Shown here piece after piece: positions 18,660 through 26,755 of a DNA stretch of 49,793 nucleotides. The DNA lies in NCBI GenBank assembly GCA_003224715.1, contig QHZP01000033.1, positions 1-49,793 on the forward strand, in the 5' to 3' direction. The translations under genes were made by a program, and so were the position numbers. Source of the DNA: Acidobacteriota bacterium (lineage in GTDB: Bacteria; Acidobacteriota; Terriglobia; Versatilivoradales; Versatilivoraceae). The notes beneath the pieces were generated by a model. It was not told where the DNA came from and did no database searches. It saw only the letters and a list, made by a program, of their open reading frames with translations. The number at the start of each line of letters is the position of its first letter. The stretch's first letter is position 1.

Positions 18660-19800
18660 AGAGATCCAAAGGATATTTAAGAAACAAAATCAATTGCTCC
18701 ATAAATTTTTAAATACTCCCAAGACCAAGAAGGCAAAAGCTCATCGTAAGTTGCGATTTGCTCTGGCGCGACAGCGTATTCTTGTTTCACGGGCGGTTCG
18801 TAAATTGGAGTTTACTCCCTCGGAACGTAATAGATTGATTGACCAGATTCGTCGCCAATACGAGGCCTATCGTCCCTTAGAAAAGGAGATGGGGCGCTTG
18901 GAAAAGAAACTCGAGCATGCCAAAGGCAAAAACCTTAATGTCCTCAAAAAGGAGTTGCGCGTCGTCAAAGAGAAGATGGCGGTCATTGAAAACGAGGCTC
19001 AAACCAAAGGTATCGACCTGAAGCGAACACTTCAGACTATCGACCGAGGAGATGCGGAGGCGAATTATGCCAAGCGAGAGCTAGTGGAGGCGAATTTGCG
19101 GCTGGTTGTTTCAATCGCCAAAAAATACACCAATCGCGGACTTCAATTCTTGGATCTCATTCAAGAGGGAAACATCGGGCTAATGAAAGCAGTCGATAAG
19201 TTCGAATATCGTCGTGGCTACAAATTTTCCACTTATGCCACGTGGTGGATTCGTCAAGCGATCACCCGAGCCATCGCTGATCAAGCCCGAACCATCCGCA
19301 TTCCGGTCCACATGATTGAAACCATTAACAAGCTGATTCGAACCTCTCGGAGTCTCGTCCAGGAATTTGGTAGAGAGCCCACTTCGGAAGAGATCGCCGT
19401 CCGTATGGATATTCCGGTGCAAAAGGTACGAAAGGTTTTCAAGATTGCTCAAGAGCCGATCTCTCTGGAAACACCCATCGGTGAGGAGGAAGACTCACAC
19501 CTCGGAGACTTTATCGAGGATCGCCAGGTCGTTTCGCCGGCAGAGGCAGTCATAAACATCAATTTGAAAGAGATGACCGAGAATGTGCTAAAAACCTTGA
19601 CGCCCAGAGAAGAGAAAGTAATCAAGATGCGTTTTGGGCTCGACAACGGAAGCGATCACACGCTTGAGGAAGTCGGACAAAATTTTGCCGTCACTCGAGA
19701 ACGTATCCGCCAAATCGAAGCCAAGGCGCTGAGAAAGCTTCGTCATCCTTCGCGGAGCCGCAAGCTCCGTCCGTTCCTTGACGGCTCGAACAAAGACTAG
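18604..19800 (+). CDS. rpoD: RNA polymerase sigma-70 RpoD, C-terminal fragment (regions 2-4)
   Basis: [61 protein letters not shown] (region 2) and [30 protein letters not shown] (region 4.2). True RpoD-like sequence in this frame begins around 18646 (VQTIEEIQ). Confidence 0.9.
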   Translation: MMSSSSTTMSSPKTVQTIEEIQRIFKKQNQLLHKFLNTPKTKKAKAHRKLRFALARQRILVSRAVRKLEFTPSERNRLIDQIRRQYEAYRPLEKEMGRLEKKLEHAKGKNLNVLKKELRVVKEKMAVIENEAQTKGIDLKRTLQTIDRGDAEANYAKRELVEANLRLVVSIAKKYTNRGLQFLDLIQEGNIGLMKAVDKFEYRRGYKFSTYATWWIRQAITRAIADQARTIRIPVHMIETINKLIRTSRSLVQEFGREPTSEEIAVRMDIPVQKVRKVFKIAQEPISLETPIGEEEDSHLGDFIEDRQVVSPAEAVININLKEMTENVLKTLTPREEKVIKMRFGLDNGSDHTLEEVGQNFAVTRERIRQIEAKALRKLRHPSRSRKLRPFLDGSNKD

Positions 19801-20093
19801 CAGTTTGGTTTTTGAAAAAGGCTCGCTCGACTTCAGCTGCCGTGACTGCAAAGACCGCCGGAGACACCGCGAGGCCTGTTGGCCTGAGCCGCGTGGGTGG
19901 GTCGTCTCGCTGGGGTTGGTTTGGTGGCGAAGAAGTTCAAACTTTGGTCAAGTTTGTTAACATGCCGTCCCCTCACTCAAAGCTCCCATTGCTCTGCCAT
20001 TGGAAAAAGGACGGCCGAAGGAGGGGTGAGTGTCACGTGCCGACAGAGTCACCCTCGTCGGGGGTCTGAGGTGGCTCTCCACATAGGCACAAC

Positions 20094-20122
20094 TCGACAA
20101 ACGATTAAGCGCATGTTATATT
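20094..20122 (+). promoter_or_regulatory. Candidate promoter for the tRNA gene
   Basis: TCGACA (20094-20099), a 17-nt spacer, then TATATT (20117-20122), ending 14 nt before the tRNA 5' end. This is pattern match only. Confidence 0.35.
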
Positions 20123-20136
20123 TCTCGCGATTTTTT

Positions 20137-20210
20137 GGGCCCATAGCTCAGTTGGTTAGAGCCCCCGGCTCATAACCGGGCTGTCCTAGGTTCAAGTCCT
20201 AGTGGGCCCA
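20137..20210 (+). tRNA. tRNA with CAU anticodon (elongator tRNA-Met, or tRNA-Ile2 if C34 is lysidinylated)
   Basis: Manual cloverleaf: acceptor GGGCCCA/TGGGCCC, D-arm GCTC-AGTTGGTTA-GAGC, anticodon arm CCCGG-CTCATAA-CCGGG, T-arm CTAGG-TTCAAGT-CCTAG, discriminator A. No encoded CCA. The paired 1:72 position and only two G:C pairs next to the loop argue against an initiator. Confidence 0.9.
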
Positions 20211-20238
20211 CTCGGTCTTTTCGTCGATTAAGTTTGGA

Positions 20239-20967
20239 ATGCACCCAGATCTCGAAAAACTTATTCAGCTTCAAGAAACCGAGCTCGAAATCAAGAATTA
20301 TTCCGACAGAATCGAACAGCTTCCGAGACATCTCGCTGCCCTTGAAGAAAAGCTGAGCGAAACGCTCCAATCTCTAAGTGGCAATCAGGATCGATTGGCA
20401 AAATTGGCTCTGGAGAAGCGAAAGTTGGAAGGAGTTATCCAAGACCTTGAGCAGAAGAATTCGAAGTATCGAGAGCAACTGGTAGAAGTAAAAACCAATG
20501 AGCAATACAAAGCCTTGCTCCATGAGATTGAATTCAATTCCAGCCAGATCCGCAAAACCGAAGACGAGGTTTTGACAAAGATGGAAGAAGAGGAGAGACT
20601 TCGAAAAGAGCTGAAAGAGAAAGAGCAACTGCTCCAAGAAGAAAAGGCAGTCATCAATTCGGAGAAACGAGCTGCCGAAGCAGAGGAGGAACAAGATAAG
20701 TCCATTTTGGGAAACCTGCAAAATCGACGGCGAGATTTGATTGAATCCGTTTCCCCCAGTGTGCGCGAGATGTATAACCGCATCGCCCGGTTTCGCAAAG
20801 GAGTGGCCTTGGCCAGAGCGAATGGCGATTCTTGTCAAGCCTGCCACGTCCGAATTCGACCTCAAGTCCTCAGCCAAATAATGTCAGGCGAATGCATTGT
20901 AACTTGCGATAGCTGTGACCGTATTCTTTATTGGAAGCCAGATGGTCCTTATGAAGTGGCGCCGTAA
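20239..20967 (+). CDS. Coiled-coil protein with C-terminal C4 zinc ribbon (COG1579/DUF164 family)
   Basis: Long heptad-rich N-terminal part, a KALLHEIEF segment, and C-terminal CQACHVRIRP...CDSCDRILY. Confidence 0.8.
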   Translation: MHPDLEKLIQLQETELEIKNYSDRIEQLPRHLAALEEKLSETLQSLSGNQDRLAKLALEKRKLEGVIQDLEQKNSKYREQLVEVKTNEQYKALLHEIEFNSSQIRKTEDEVLTKMEEEERLRKELKEKEQLLQEEKAVINSEKRAAEAEEEQDKSILGNLQNRRRDLIESVSPSVREMYNRIARFRKGVALARANGDSCQACHVRIRPQVLSQIMSGECIVTCDSCDRILYWKPDGPYEVAP

Positions 20968-20973
20968 AGTGCC

Positions 20974-21564
20974 ATGCCCATCATGCCAAGTAAGGAGAAA
21001 TTGTTGAAAAGTTGCATCGCCTATATTGATGGAGGTTCACGAGGAAATCCTGGTATTGCCGGCTATGGGGTTCATCTGCTCGACGAGGAAGGAAAGACGC
21101 TGGCTAGTCTTTCCGAGAGCTTGGGGATAAGGACTAATAATTTTGCTGAGTATTCAGCCTTAATTGCCGCCCTAAATTTTGCGCAGGCCCATCAATATGA
21201 CAAGATAAAGGTGTATGCTGATTCGGAGCTGCTAGTCAAGCAGATCAATGGGACTTATCGTGTCAAGAATTCTGACCTAAGGACTCTCTACAATCGCGCC
21301 CAAGAGCTGATCTCCCGTTTCAAATCATTCTCTATCCACCACGTTCCGCGAGAACAAAACCGCGAAGCTGACCGCTTAGCCAATCTCGCCATGGACGCAG
21401 ACCCTGCAAAGACGGAAGCGCGAACTGAAAATCTATCGTTGCCCTCCAAAATCTTGGCTGTTTTTCAAAACGGCAGTATTAAACCGCTGCAGCCTCTCGA
21501 TATCCCCGAAAATACGAGACTTTGCATAAGAGTTGAATATGATGAGGGTTCCGGTTGGAAATGA
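20974..21564 (+). CDS. rnhA: Ribonuclease HI-family protein with C-terminal AF2212/DUF104-like (antitoxin-type) extension
   Basis: DEDD residues in YIDGGSRGNPG, NNFAEYSAL, VYADSELL and EADRLAN. The last ~40 aa, KILAVFQNGSIKPLQPLDIPENTRLCIRVE, match the AF2212-like antitoxin pattern. Confidence 0.85.
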   Translation: MPIMPSKEKLLKSCIAYIDGGSRGNPGIAGYGVHLLDEEGKTLASLSESLGIRTNNFAEYSALIAALNFAQAHQYDKIKVYADSELLVKQINGTYRVKNSDLRTLYNRAQELISRFKSFSIHHVPREQNREADRLANLAMDADPAKTEARTENLSLPSKILAVFQNGSIKPLQPLDIPENTRLCIRVEYDEGSGWK

Positions 21565-21614
21565 CCTCCGACATTCCGACACGGAGAACGCAAGGACGAT
21601 CCTGAAGGAAGCCC

Positions 21615-22412
21615 TCAGCTCGTCTCAAGAAAATCTAATTCTCTGTAGGAATCTACCAATCGATATTCCCGGGCAAGTCTGTAAAACAAGACGAGTCCTT
21701 CCAGGTTCTCACGATCCAAGGCGTAATCGATATTTTGGGTGAGATAACTGAGCACCTGAGCTTGTGAGAGGCCTAATCTCTTTGATTGTTCAGCGGCAAT
21801 GGCTTCTAATTCAGATTTCCCGAATTCATAAGACGCGTGAAATGAGGAACCGCTTCGGAGTTGGGCAGAGTTTCGCACTGCCCAAAAAGCAAACACGAAT
21901 GGCTTCCGAGTCTGAGACAACCACTCCGCTGCCAGGTCGTAGATGAATAATCCGTCTGTTCTGGCTTTTAGTGCGACATCGCCGATAATGAGCGCGGCGT
22001 CATTGGCCTGAAGCATTGCATTCACATTAGGCGCTTGTGATTGAATGAAAGGCTCAGCCTTGAACCGACATCGGAGCAAGATCTCCAGAAGGCAGACTGA
22101 GGTTCTGGATGAACTGTCAGCCGCCAGAGTCTTGATATTCTGAGCAGGCACTTTGCTGATCAGCAAGACACTCTTAACCCTGAATTTTGAGGCCACAGCC
22201 AGGCCAGGGATAATCTTCAAATCCGGAATTCGCTGATACTCGATAGTGGGGATGAGCCCTACGTCTACTTTCCCTTCTGCCAGCAAGTCGGCGCAGCGAG
22301 AGGGGGGAGAAAAATCTAACTCGAAAAGTTCCCGCTGTGGCCCCCGGATAAAACCCCAGGACAAAGGCAGAGAATTCAGGTAATAGACAATTGATAGCTT
22401 CAATTTATGCAT
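21615..22412 (-). CDS. mqnA: Chorismate dehydratase MqnA (futalosine menaquinone pathway)
   Basis: LKLSIVYYLNSLPLSWGF...LLAEGKVDVGLIPTIEY...VKSVLLIS...ADSSSRTS fits the MqnA/DUF178 pattern. Start placed at ATG 22412. The ORF is open to 22538. Confidence 0.7.
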   Translation of the reverse strand: MHKLKLSIVYYLNSLPLSWGFIRGPQRELFELDFSPPSRCADLLAEGKVDVGLIPTIEYQRIPDLKIIPGLAVASKFRVKSVLLISKVPAQNIKTLAADSSSRTSVCLLEILLRCRFKAEPFIQSQAPNVNAMLQANDAALIIGDVALKARTDGLFIYDLAAEWLSQTRKPFVFAFWAVRNSAQLRSGSSFHASYEFGKSELEAIAAEQSKRLGLSQAQVLSYLTQNIDYALDRENLEGLVLFYRLAREYRLVDSYRELDFLETS

Positions 22413-22574
22413 GAAAAATTGTAACTTGTTTCTAAGGTTTGGGGAAGAACGAGTGATAAGATGCGATTCCTTCCAGTGGTTTGAAAAAGAATCTCCTGTT
22501 TTGAATGGATTTTTGTGTATAATAAAAACACTTCGCATCTGATGTGAAAGGATCTATTGGGGGTTCGAATCTTA

Positions 22575-23825
22575 ATGAATTATCGAAACAAGTTTCTACT
22601 GATTGTTCTTTCAGCGTTTTTTGTATTCTACGCGGTGGTTGGAGGATTACTGGGCCGAACCTCAGCTAAGGAAGGCGCATACACACAGCTTTCAATATTC
22701 AATGAGGTCCTTTCTAAGATTAGAAATAGCTACGTCGAAGATCCCAACTTGTCTGAGGTGATGCATGGCGCTCTGCGTGGACTTTTGGAGTCGCTAGATC
22801 CTTACAGCACTTACCTCACAGCCGATGAATACTCACGCTATAAAAAACACAAAACCAACGGCAATGGCGATATCGGACTGGAACTCTCCAAAGAAAAGAT
22901 TTTAGGCTATGTTTACATAATCCACCCTATTGAAGGCGGCCCAGCAGAAAGAGCCGGTCTGAAGGCGGGAGACGTCATCGAATCCATTGAAGAAGTTTCC
23001 ACCAGAGACATTAGTTTGGTCCAGGCCGGATACTTGCTGACTGGGAACATAGGTTCGCCGGTGAAACTCAAGATTCTGCGTCGCGGAAAGACCGAACCCT
23101 TAGAGGTAACAGCTAAGCGGGACCAAGTCAAGGTTCCTCCAATCAAGACCACCCTGATCGAGGGCAGGATCGGGTATTTAAAAATCTATCGATTTACGCC
23201 CGGCATTAGCGAAGAGGTTCGTGCGAAGTTGCAGCATTTGACAAAAAGCGGAGCTGGAAAAATTATCGTAGACCTTCGTCATTGCGCCGGGGACGAGTTT
23301 GAAGAGGCCGTGAGAGTTGCCAACTTGTTTTTAGACCACGGGGTCATCACTTATACCCAAGGGCAGAAATCCCCCAAGAAGGAGTTTGTTGCGGATCCTA
23401 GCAAAGCCATCTGCAAATCACCTTTGGTAATCTTACAGAATTACGGAAGCGCCTCCGCAGCAGAGATAGTCTCAGCAGCAATTAAAGAAAATCGTCGCGG
23501 CGAAATTGTTGGAGTACGAAGTTTTGGAAAGGCTTCTCTGCAAAAGCTTATTCCCTTGGAGAATGATTCGGCCATTTTAATATCTATCGCCAAGTTCTAT
23601 TCGCAGTCAGGAAAGGTTATTCAGAACAATGGCATCACTCCTGATTACGAAGTGCGGGACGGGGTTGATGCGTTTCAAGGAGACGTTGATTCTGAAGACG
23701 AAGAGGATGTCCAGCGCGAAAATGCTCCTGGCACTAACAAACCTGCTTCTCAGGAAGATCTCCAGCTAAAAAAGGCGATCGAATTATTGAGTTCTCCGAC
23801 AAGCGAGAGTCAGAAAGCCGCATAG
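22575..23825 (+). CDS. S41-family C-terminal processing peptidase with PDZ domain
   Basis: N-terminal TM helix, PDZ segment GPAERAGLKAGDVIESIEE, and catalytic-serine region NYGSASAAEIVSAAIKE. Start placed at ATG 22575. Confidence 0.85.
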   Translation: MNYRNKFLLIVLSAFFVFYAVVGGLLGRTSAKEGAYTQLSIFNEVLSKIRNSYVEDPNLSEVMHGALRGLLESLDPYSTYLTADEYSRYKKHKTNGNGDIGLELSKEKILGYVYIIHPIEGGPAERAGLKAGDVIESIEEVSTRDISLVQAGYLLTGNIGSPVKLKILRRGKTEPLEVTAKRDQVKVPPIKTTLIEGRIGYLKIYRFTPGISEEVRAKLQHLTKSGAGKIIVDLRHCAGDEFEEAVRVANLFLDHGVITYTQGQKSPKKEFVADPSKAICKSPLVILQNYGSASAAEIVSAAIKENRRGEIVGVRSFGKASLQKLIPLENDSAILISIAKFYSQSGKVIQNNGITPDYEVRDGVDAFQGDVDSEDEEDVQRENAPGTNKPASQEDLQLKKAIELLSSPTSESQKAA

Positions 23826-23855
23826 GCATTTTGAATGAAAACATTTGGCTTTCTA

Positions 23856-23881
23856 AGGGCAGTTTCGGCTGCCCTTTTTTG
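23856..23881 (+). terminator. Rho-independent terminator after the S41 peptidase gene
   Basis: AAGGGCAG-TTTCGG-CTGCCCTT forms an 8-bp stem followed by a T-run (ccctttttt). Confidence 0.7.
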
Positions 23882-23957
23882 CTGCCTGTCAAAAATTTGT
23901 CACACGAGAAAGTGAGATTTCAGATAGTCCGTCCGCCTCGTCTGGTTGCAATCCAAC

Positions 23958-25907
23958 ATGTTGATCAACCTTAATCATATCAGCAAGAGTTTCGGTACCA
24001 ATTCATTGCTCAAAGACGTATGCCTTCAGTTAAACTCCGGCGAGAAAGCCGGGCTGGTGGGCAGAAATGGCTGTGGGAAGACCACTTTGTTTCGTCTCAT
24101 AAATGGCGAGGTGGAAGCGGACCGTGGGGAGTTGTACAAGCATCCTCAGGTAAAGATCGGGTTAATGCAGCAAATTCTCCTGTTCGATTCTAATCGAACT
24201 GTATTTGATGAGGCAGTCTCTGTTTTTTCGAGCCTTGAAGATCAAGGACGTGAAATTGAAGCTCTGGAAGGAGAGATTGAATCCAAGGCTCATCAGGTTG
24301 AACTGCAGCCTTTGTTGGACCGCTATGCGCAGCTCCAAACCCGATGGGAAATGGAAGGAGGCTATTCCTATAAACCCAAGACCAAGTCTGTGCTGGCTGG
24401 ACTTGGTTTCCAGGAAACGGACCTAACGAAGAGCCTCTCCCAATTGAGCGGAGGAGAGCTCAATCGACTGAATCTGGCAAAACTTCTTCTTTCGAAACCT
24501 ACTTTGCTCCTTCTGGACGAGCCAACCAATCATCTGGATATCTCTGCAGTGGAATGGCTGGAGAATTTCCTCGTAGATTACCCCCACGCGTTCATCCTGA
24601 TTTCTCACGATCGCTATCTCCTTGACACCGTCGTCAATAAAATTTGGGAAATCGCTGACGGCCGCGCCGCCGAATTTTCTGGAAATTATTCCAGGTATGT
24701 CGTAGAGCGTGAGAACCGATTCCTTCTATCCACGAGGGCTTACGAGCAACAGCGTGAGTTAATTGAAAAGACCGAAGATTTTATTCGTCGCAACATCGCT
24801 GGACAAAACACGAAACAAGCACAATCACGGCGCAAGGCCCTTGAAAAAATGGAACGCATTCAGCCTATCCAAAATGCCAAGCCGCCAGCAAAATTCCGTT
24901 TTGACGTTCATAGACAGAGTGGGAGTCTAGTTTTCAAGATTTCGGATCTGGACATTGGTTATACAGGAAAGATACTGGCGCGGCGGATAAACCTGAGCCT
25001 GTTTCGTGGTGAAAGGGTCGGTGTCGTTGGGCCCAACGGGTCGGGAAAAACAACTCTGCTAAAAACTATCCTCGGTTTACAAACGCCTCTCAACGGAGAA
25101 GTGCTTAGGGGCCGGGATGTCGAAATAGGTTTCTATGATCAGACACTTTCGGACATTAACCCTGGTTCGACTGTGCTGGAGGAAATACGTTCAATTTCGC
25201 GCCTGGACACTGATGAAACGCTTCGAGGATATTTGGCACGATTCTTATTTCAGGGCGATGAAGTTTTCCGGTTCGTTTCTTCTTTGAGCGGCGGGGAAAA
25301 GACGCGCCTGGCACTGGCTAAGCTGATATTTAGCAAAGCTAATACTTTGATTCTCGACGAACCTACAAACCACCTCGATATACCCTCGTGCGAGGCTCTC
25401 GAAGCTGCCTTACGGTCTTATTCAGGCACGTTAATCATCGTTTCCCATGACCGCTATCTCATTAGCAGATTGGTTCAACAGATTGTCTATCTCGACGGGA
25501 AGGGAACCTTTCGGAATTTTAAGGGTACCTACGAAGAGTTCCAGTCATCCATCATGGCAAGCGAAAACATGATAAAGGACAACCTCCCTCCGCTGAAGAG
25601 CGATAAAGGAGTGACGAATTACGAGGTCTCTTTACCATCGTCTAGATCTGGACTTAGCAAGAATCAACGAAACAAAGTAGAGTCCCGATGCACTCTTCTT
25701 GAGCAAGAAATTCAGAGAACCGAGGAACAGCTAGAGATCACATCCGGGAAGTTAAGCGAACCCTCCATTGCCAAAGACTTCACTCAGTTCAAAGAGTTCA
25801 GCGATCTCCATCAGCATTTAACTTCTCGCTTAGATCAATTGTATTTGGAGTGGGAAGGTTCCCTTGCCATCCTCGAAACCCAAACGGCTAAGATCCGAAA
25901 TCCTTAA
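23958..25907 (+). CDS. ABC-F family ATPase (two fused ABC cassettes, no membrane domain)
   Basis: Cassette 1 has GRNGCGKTT / LSGGELNRLNLAK / LLLDEPTNHLD. Cassette 2 has GPNGSGKTT / LSGGEKTRLALAK / LILDEPTNHLD. The C-terminal tail is coiled-coil. Confidence 0.9.
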   Translation: MLINLNHISKSFGTNSLLKDVCLQLNSGEKAGLVGRNGCGKTTLFRLINGEVEADRGELYKHPQVKIGLMQQILLFDSNRTVFDEAVSVFSSLEDQGREIEALEGEIESKAHQVELQPLLDRYAQLQTRWEMEGGYSYKPKTKSVLAGLGFQETDLTKSLSQLSGGELNRLNLAKLLLSKPTLLLLDEPTNHLDISAVEWLENFLVDYPHAFILISHDRYLLDTVVNKIWEIADGRAAEFSGNYSRYVVERENRFLLSTRAYEQQRELIEKTEDFIRRNIAGQNTKQAQSRRKALEKMERIQPIQNAKPPAKFRFDVHRQSGSLVFKISDLDIGYTGKILARRINLSLFRGERVGVVGPNGSGKTTLLKTILGLQTPLNGEVLRGRDVEIGFYDQTLSDINPGSTVLEEIRSISRLDTDETLRGYLARFLFQGDEVFRFVSSLSGGEKTRLALAKLIFSKANTLILDEPTNHLDIPSCEALEAALRSYSGTLIIVSHDRYLISRLVQQIVYLDGKGTFRNFKGTYEEFQSSIMASENMIKDNLPPLKSDKGVTNYEVSLPSSRSGLSKNQRNKVESRCTLLEQEIQRTEEQLEITSGKLSEPSIAKDFTQFKEFSDLHQHLTSRLDQLYLEWEGSLAILETQTAKIRNP

Positions 25908-26502
25908 TTTCCCTTACAATTTCTCTTAGTGAGTTTTGCGGATCTTGGAATAACCTAATGGCAGCCACGCCAGACGCCCCATGCAACAAGCATTGTGCAT
26001 AATTGGTCCGATTCACCCCTCCGAGAGCAAGAACCGGAATTTGTGAAGATTGGCAAACCTCTCGCAGAGATTTGAGTCCGACAGGCTCGCCATAGACTGC
26101 TTTGGACGGGGTGAAGAAAACGGGACCAAATGTGACATAGTTTGTCCCTCCACTTTGAATCTGCCTCACTTCCTCCAATGAATGAGTTGATACCCCGACA
26201 AGAAAGTCTGGGCGAGAAACCTGGCCACGGATCTGACTGGGTGAGAAAGAACTTTGCCCGAGATGAATCCCATCCAGGTCAGCGGCCATGGCGATATCTA
26301 ATCGGTCGTTCACGAGAATCTTTGTGCTGCAACCGAGAGCCATTTCACGCGCCTTTAAAGCCAATGAAAACAGCTGTCGAGCGTGCAAATCCTTTTCCCG
26401 GATCTGGACAAAATCAACACCAGCTTCGATTGCAGCCTGAATATTTCTAAGGAGAGGAACGGAGCAGCTTTTACGGTCTGTGATGTAATAGGCCCAAGCC
26501 AC
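25888..26502 (-). CDS. thiE: Thiamine-phosphate synthase
   Basis: YYITDR opening, GVDFVQIREKD, and ALGGV near the C-terminus. GTG start. The 3' end overlaps the convergent ABC-F gene by 20 nt. Confidence 0.8.
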   Translation of the reverse strand: MAWAYYITDRKSCSVPLLRNIQAAIEAGVDFVQIREKDLHARQLFSLALKAREMALGCSTKILVNDRLDIAMAADLDGIHLGQSSFSPSQIRGQVSRPDFLVGVSTHSLEEVRQIQSGGTNYVTFGPVFFTPSKAVYGEPVGLKSLREVCQSSQIPVLALGGVNRTNYAQCLLHGASGVAAIRLFQDPQNSLREIVREIKDFGS

Positions 26503-26503
26503 C

Positions 26504-26755
26504 TTATTTGTGGTTCAGCTGGGAAACCGCCATTCTAAAGTGCATTACTTCCCATAAACCCAAGCCAATATCGACGATGCCCAGCCCTGAAACCGCCCCC
26601 CGAAAATAGTTGTTAAGGACAAATTCTCGGATGGAGGGGAGGTAAAAAAGGAAAAGGTTGTTTTCCCAATATTGGGACCATGGAAAAATGACGAGAAAAA
26701 CACCGAGTTCAAAGCAAAAAAAAATGAAAACGATGACCAAGATCTTATTCACCAT
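26504..26755 (-). CDS. Hypothetical small two-TM membrane protein (83 aa)
   Basis: Its ATG overlaps the TAA stop of the upstream TPR gene (TAATG at 26753-26757). Its own stop lies 1 nt before the thiE GTG. Two hydrophobic helices. Confidence 0.6.
   Translation of the reverse strand: MVNKILVIVFIFFCFELGVFLVIFPWSQYWENNLFLFYLPSIREFVLNNYFRGAVSGLGIVDIGLGLWEVMHFRMAVSQLNHK

Noticed and set aside
19801-20136. Tested the rpoD-tRNA spacer by eye for RNase P RNA, tmRNA, SRP RNA and 6S RNA.
   Set aside because: None of the diagnostic strings is present: no RNase P P4 GAGGAAAGTCC, no tmRNA tRNA-like ends, no SRP GGAAG..AGCAG domain IV.
20137-20210. The tRNA gene as a possible genomic-island integration site.
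   Set aside because: Both flanks are housekeeping genes (rpoD; the COG1579 protein and RNase HI). There is no integrase, no direct repeat of the tRNA 3' end and no compositional shift nearby.
21533-21742. 69-aa ORF just after the antitoxin-like tail of RNase HI, considered as a candidate toxin partner.
   Set aside because: It overlaps the 3' end of the convergent mqnA gene, has no PIN or other toxin motifs, and reads as a shadow frame. There is therefore no evidence for a toxin-antitoxin pair.
25888-25907. 20-nt overlap of the convergent ABC-F and thiE 3' ends.
   Set aside because: Convergent 3' overlaps of this size are common in compact genomes. Nothing further is implied.
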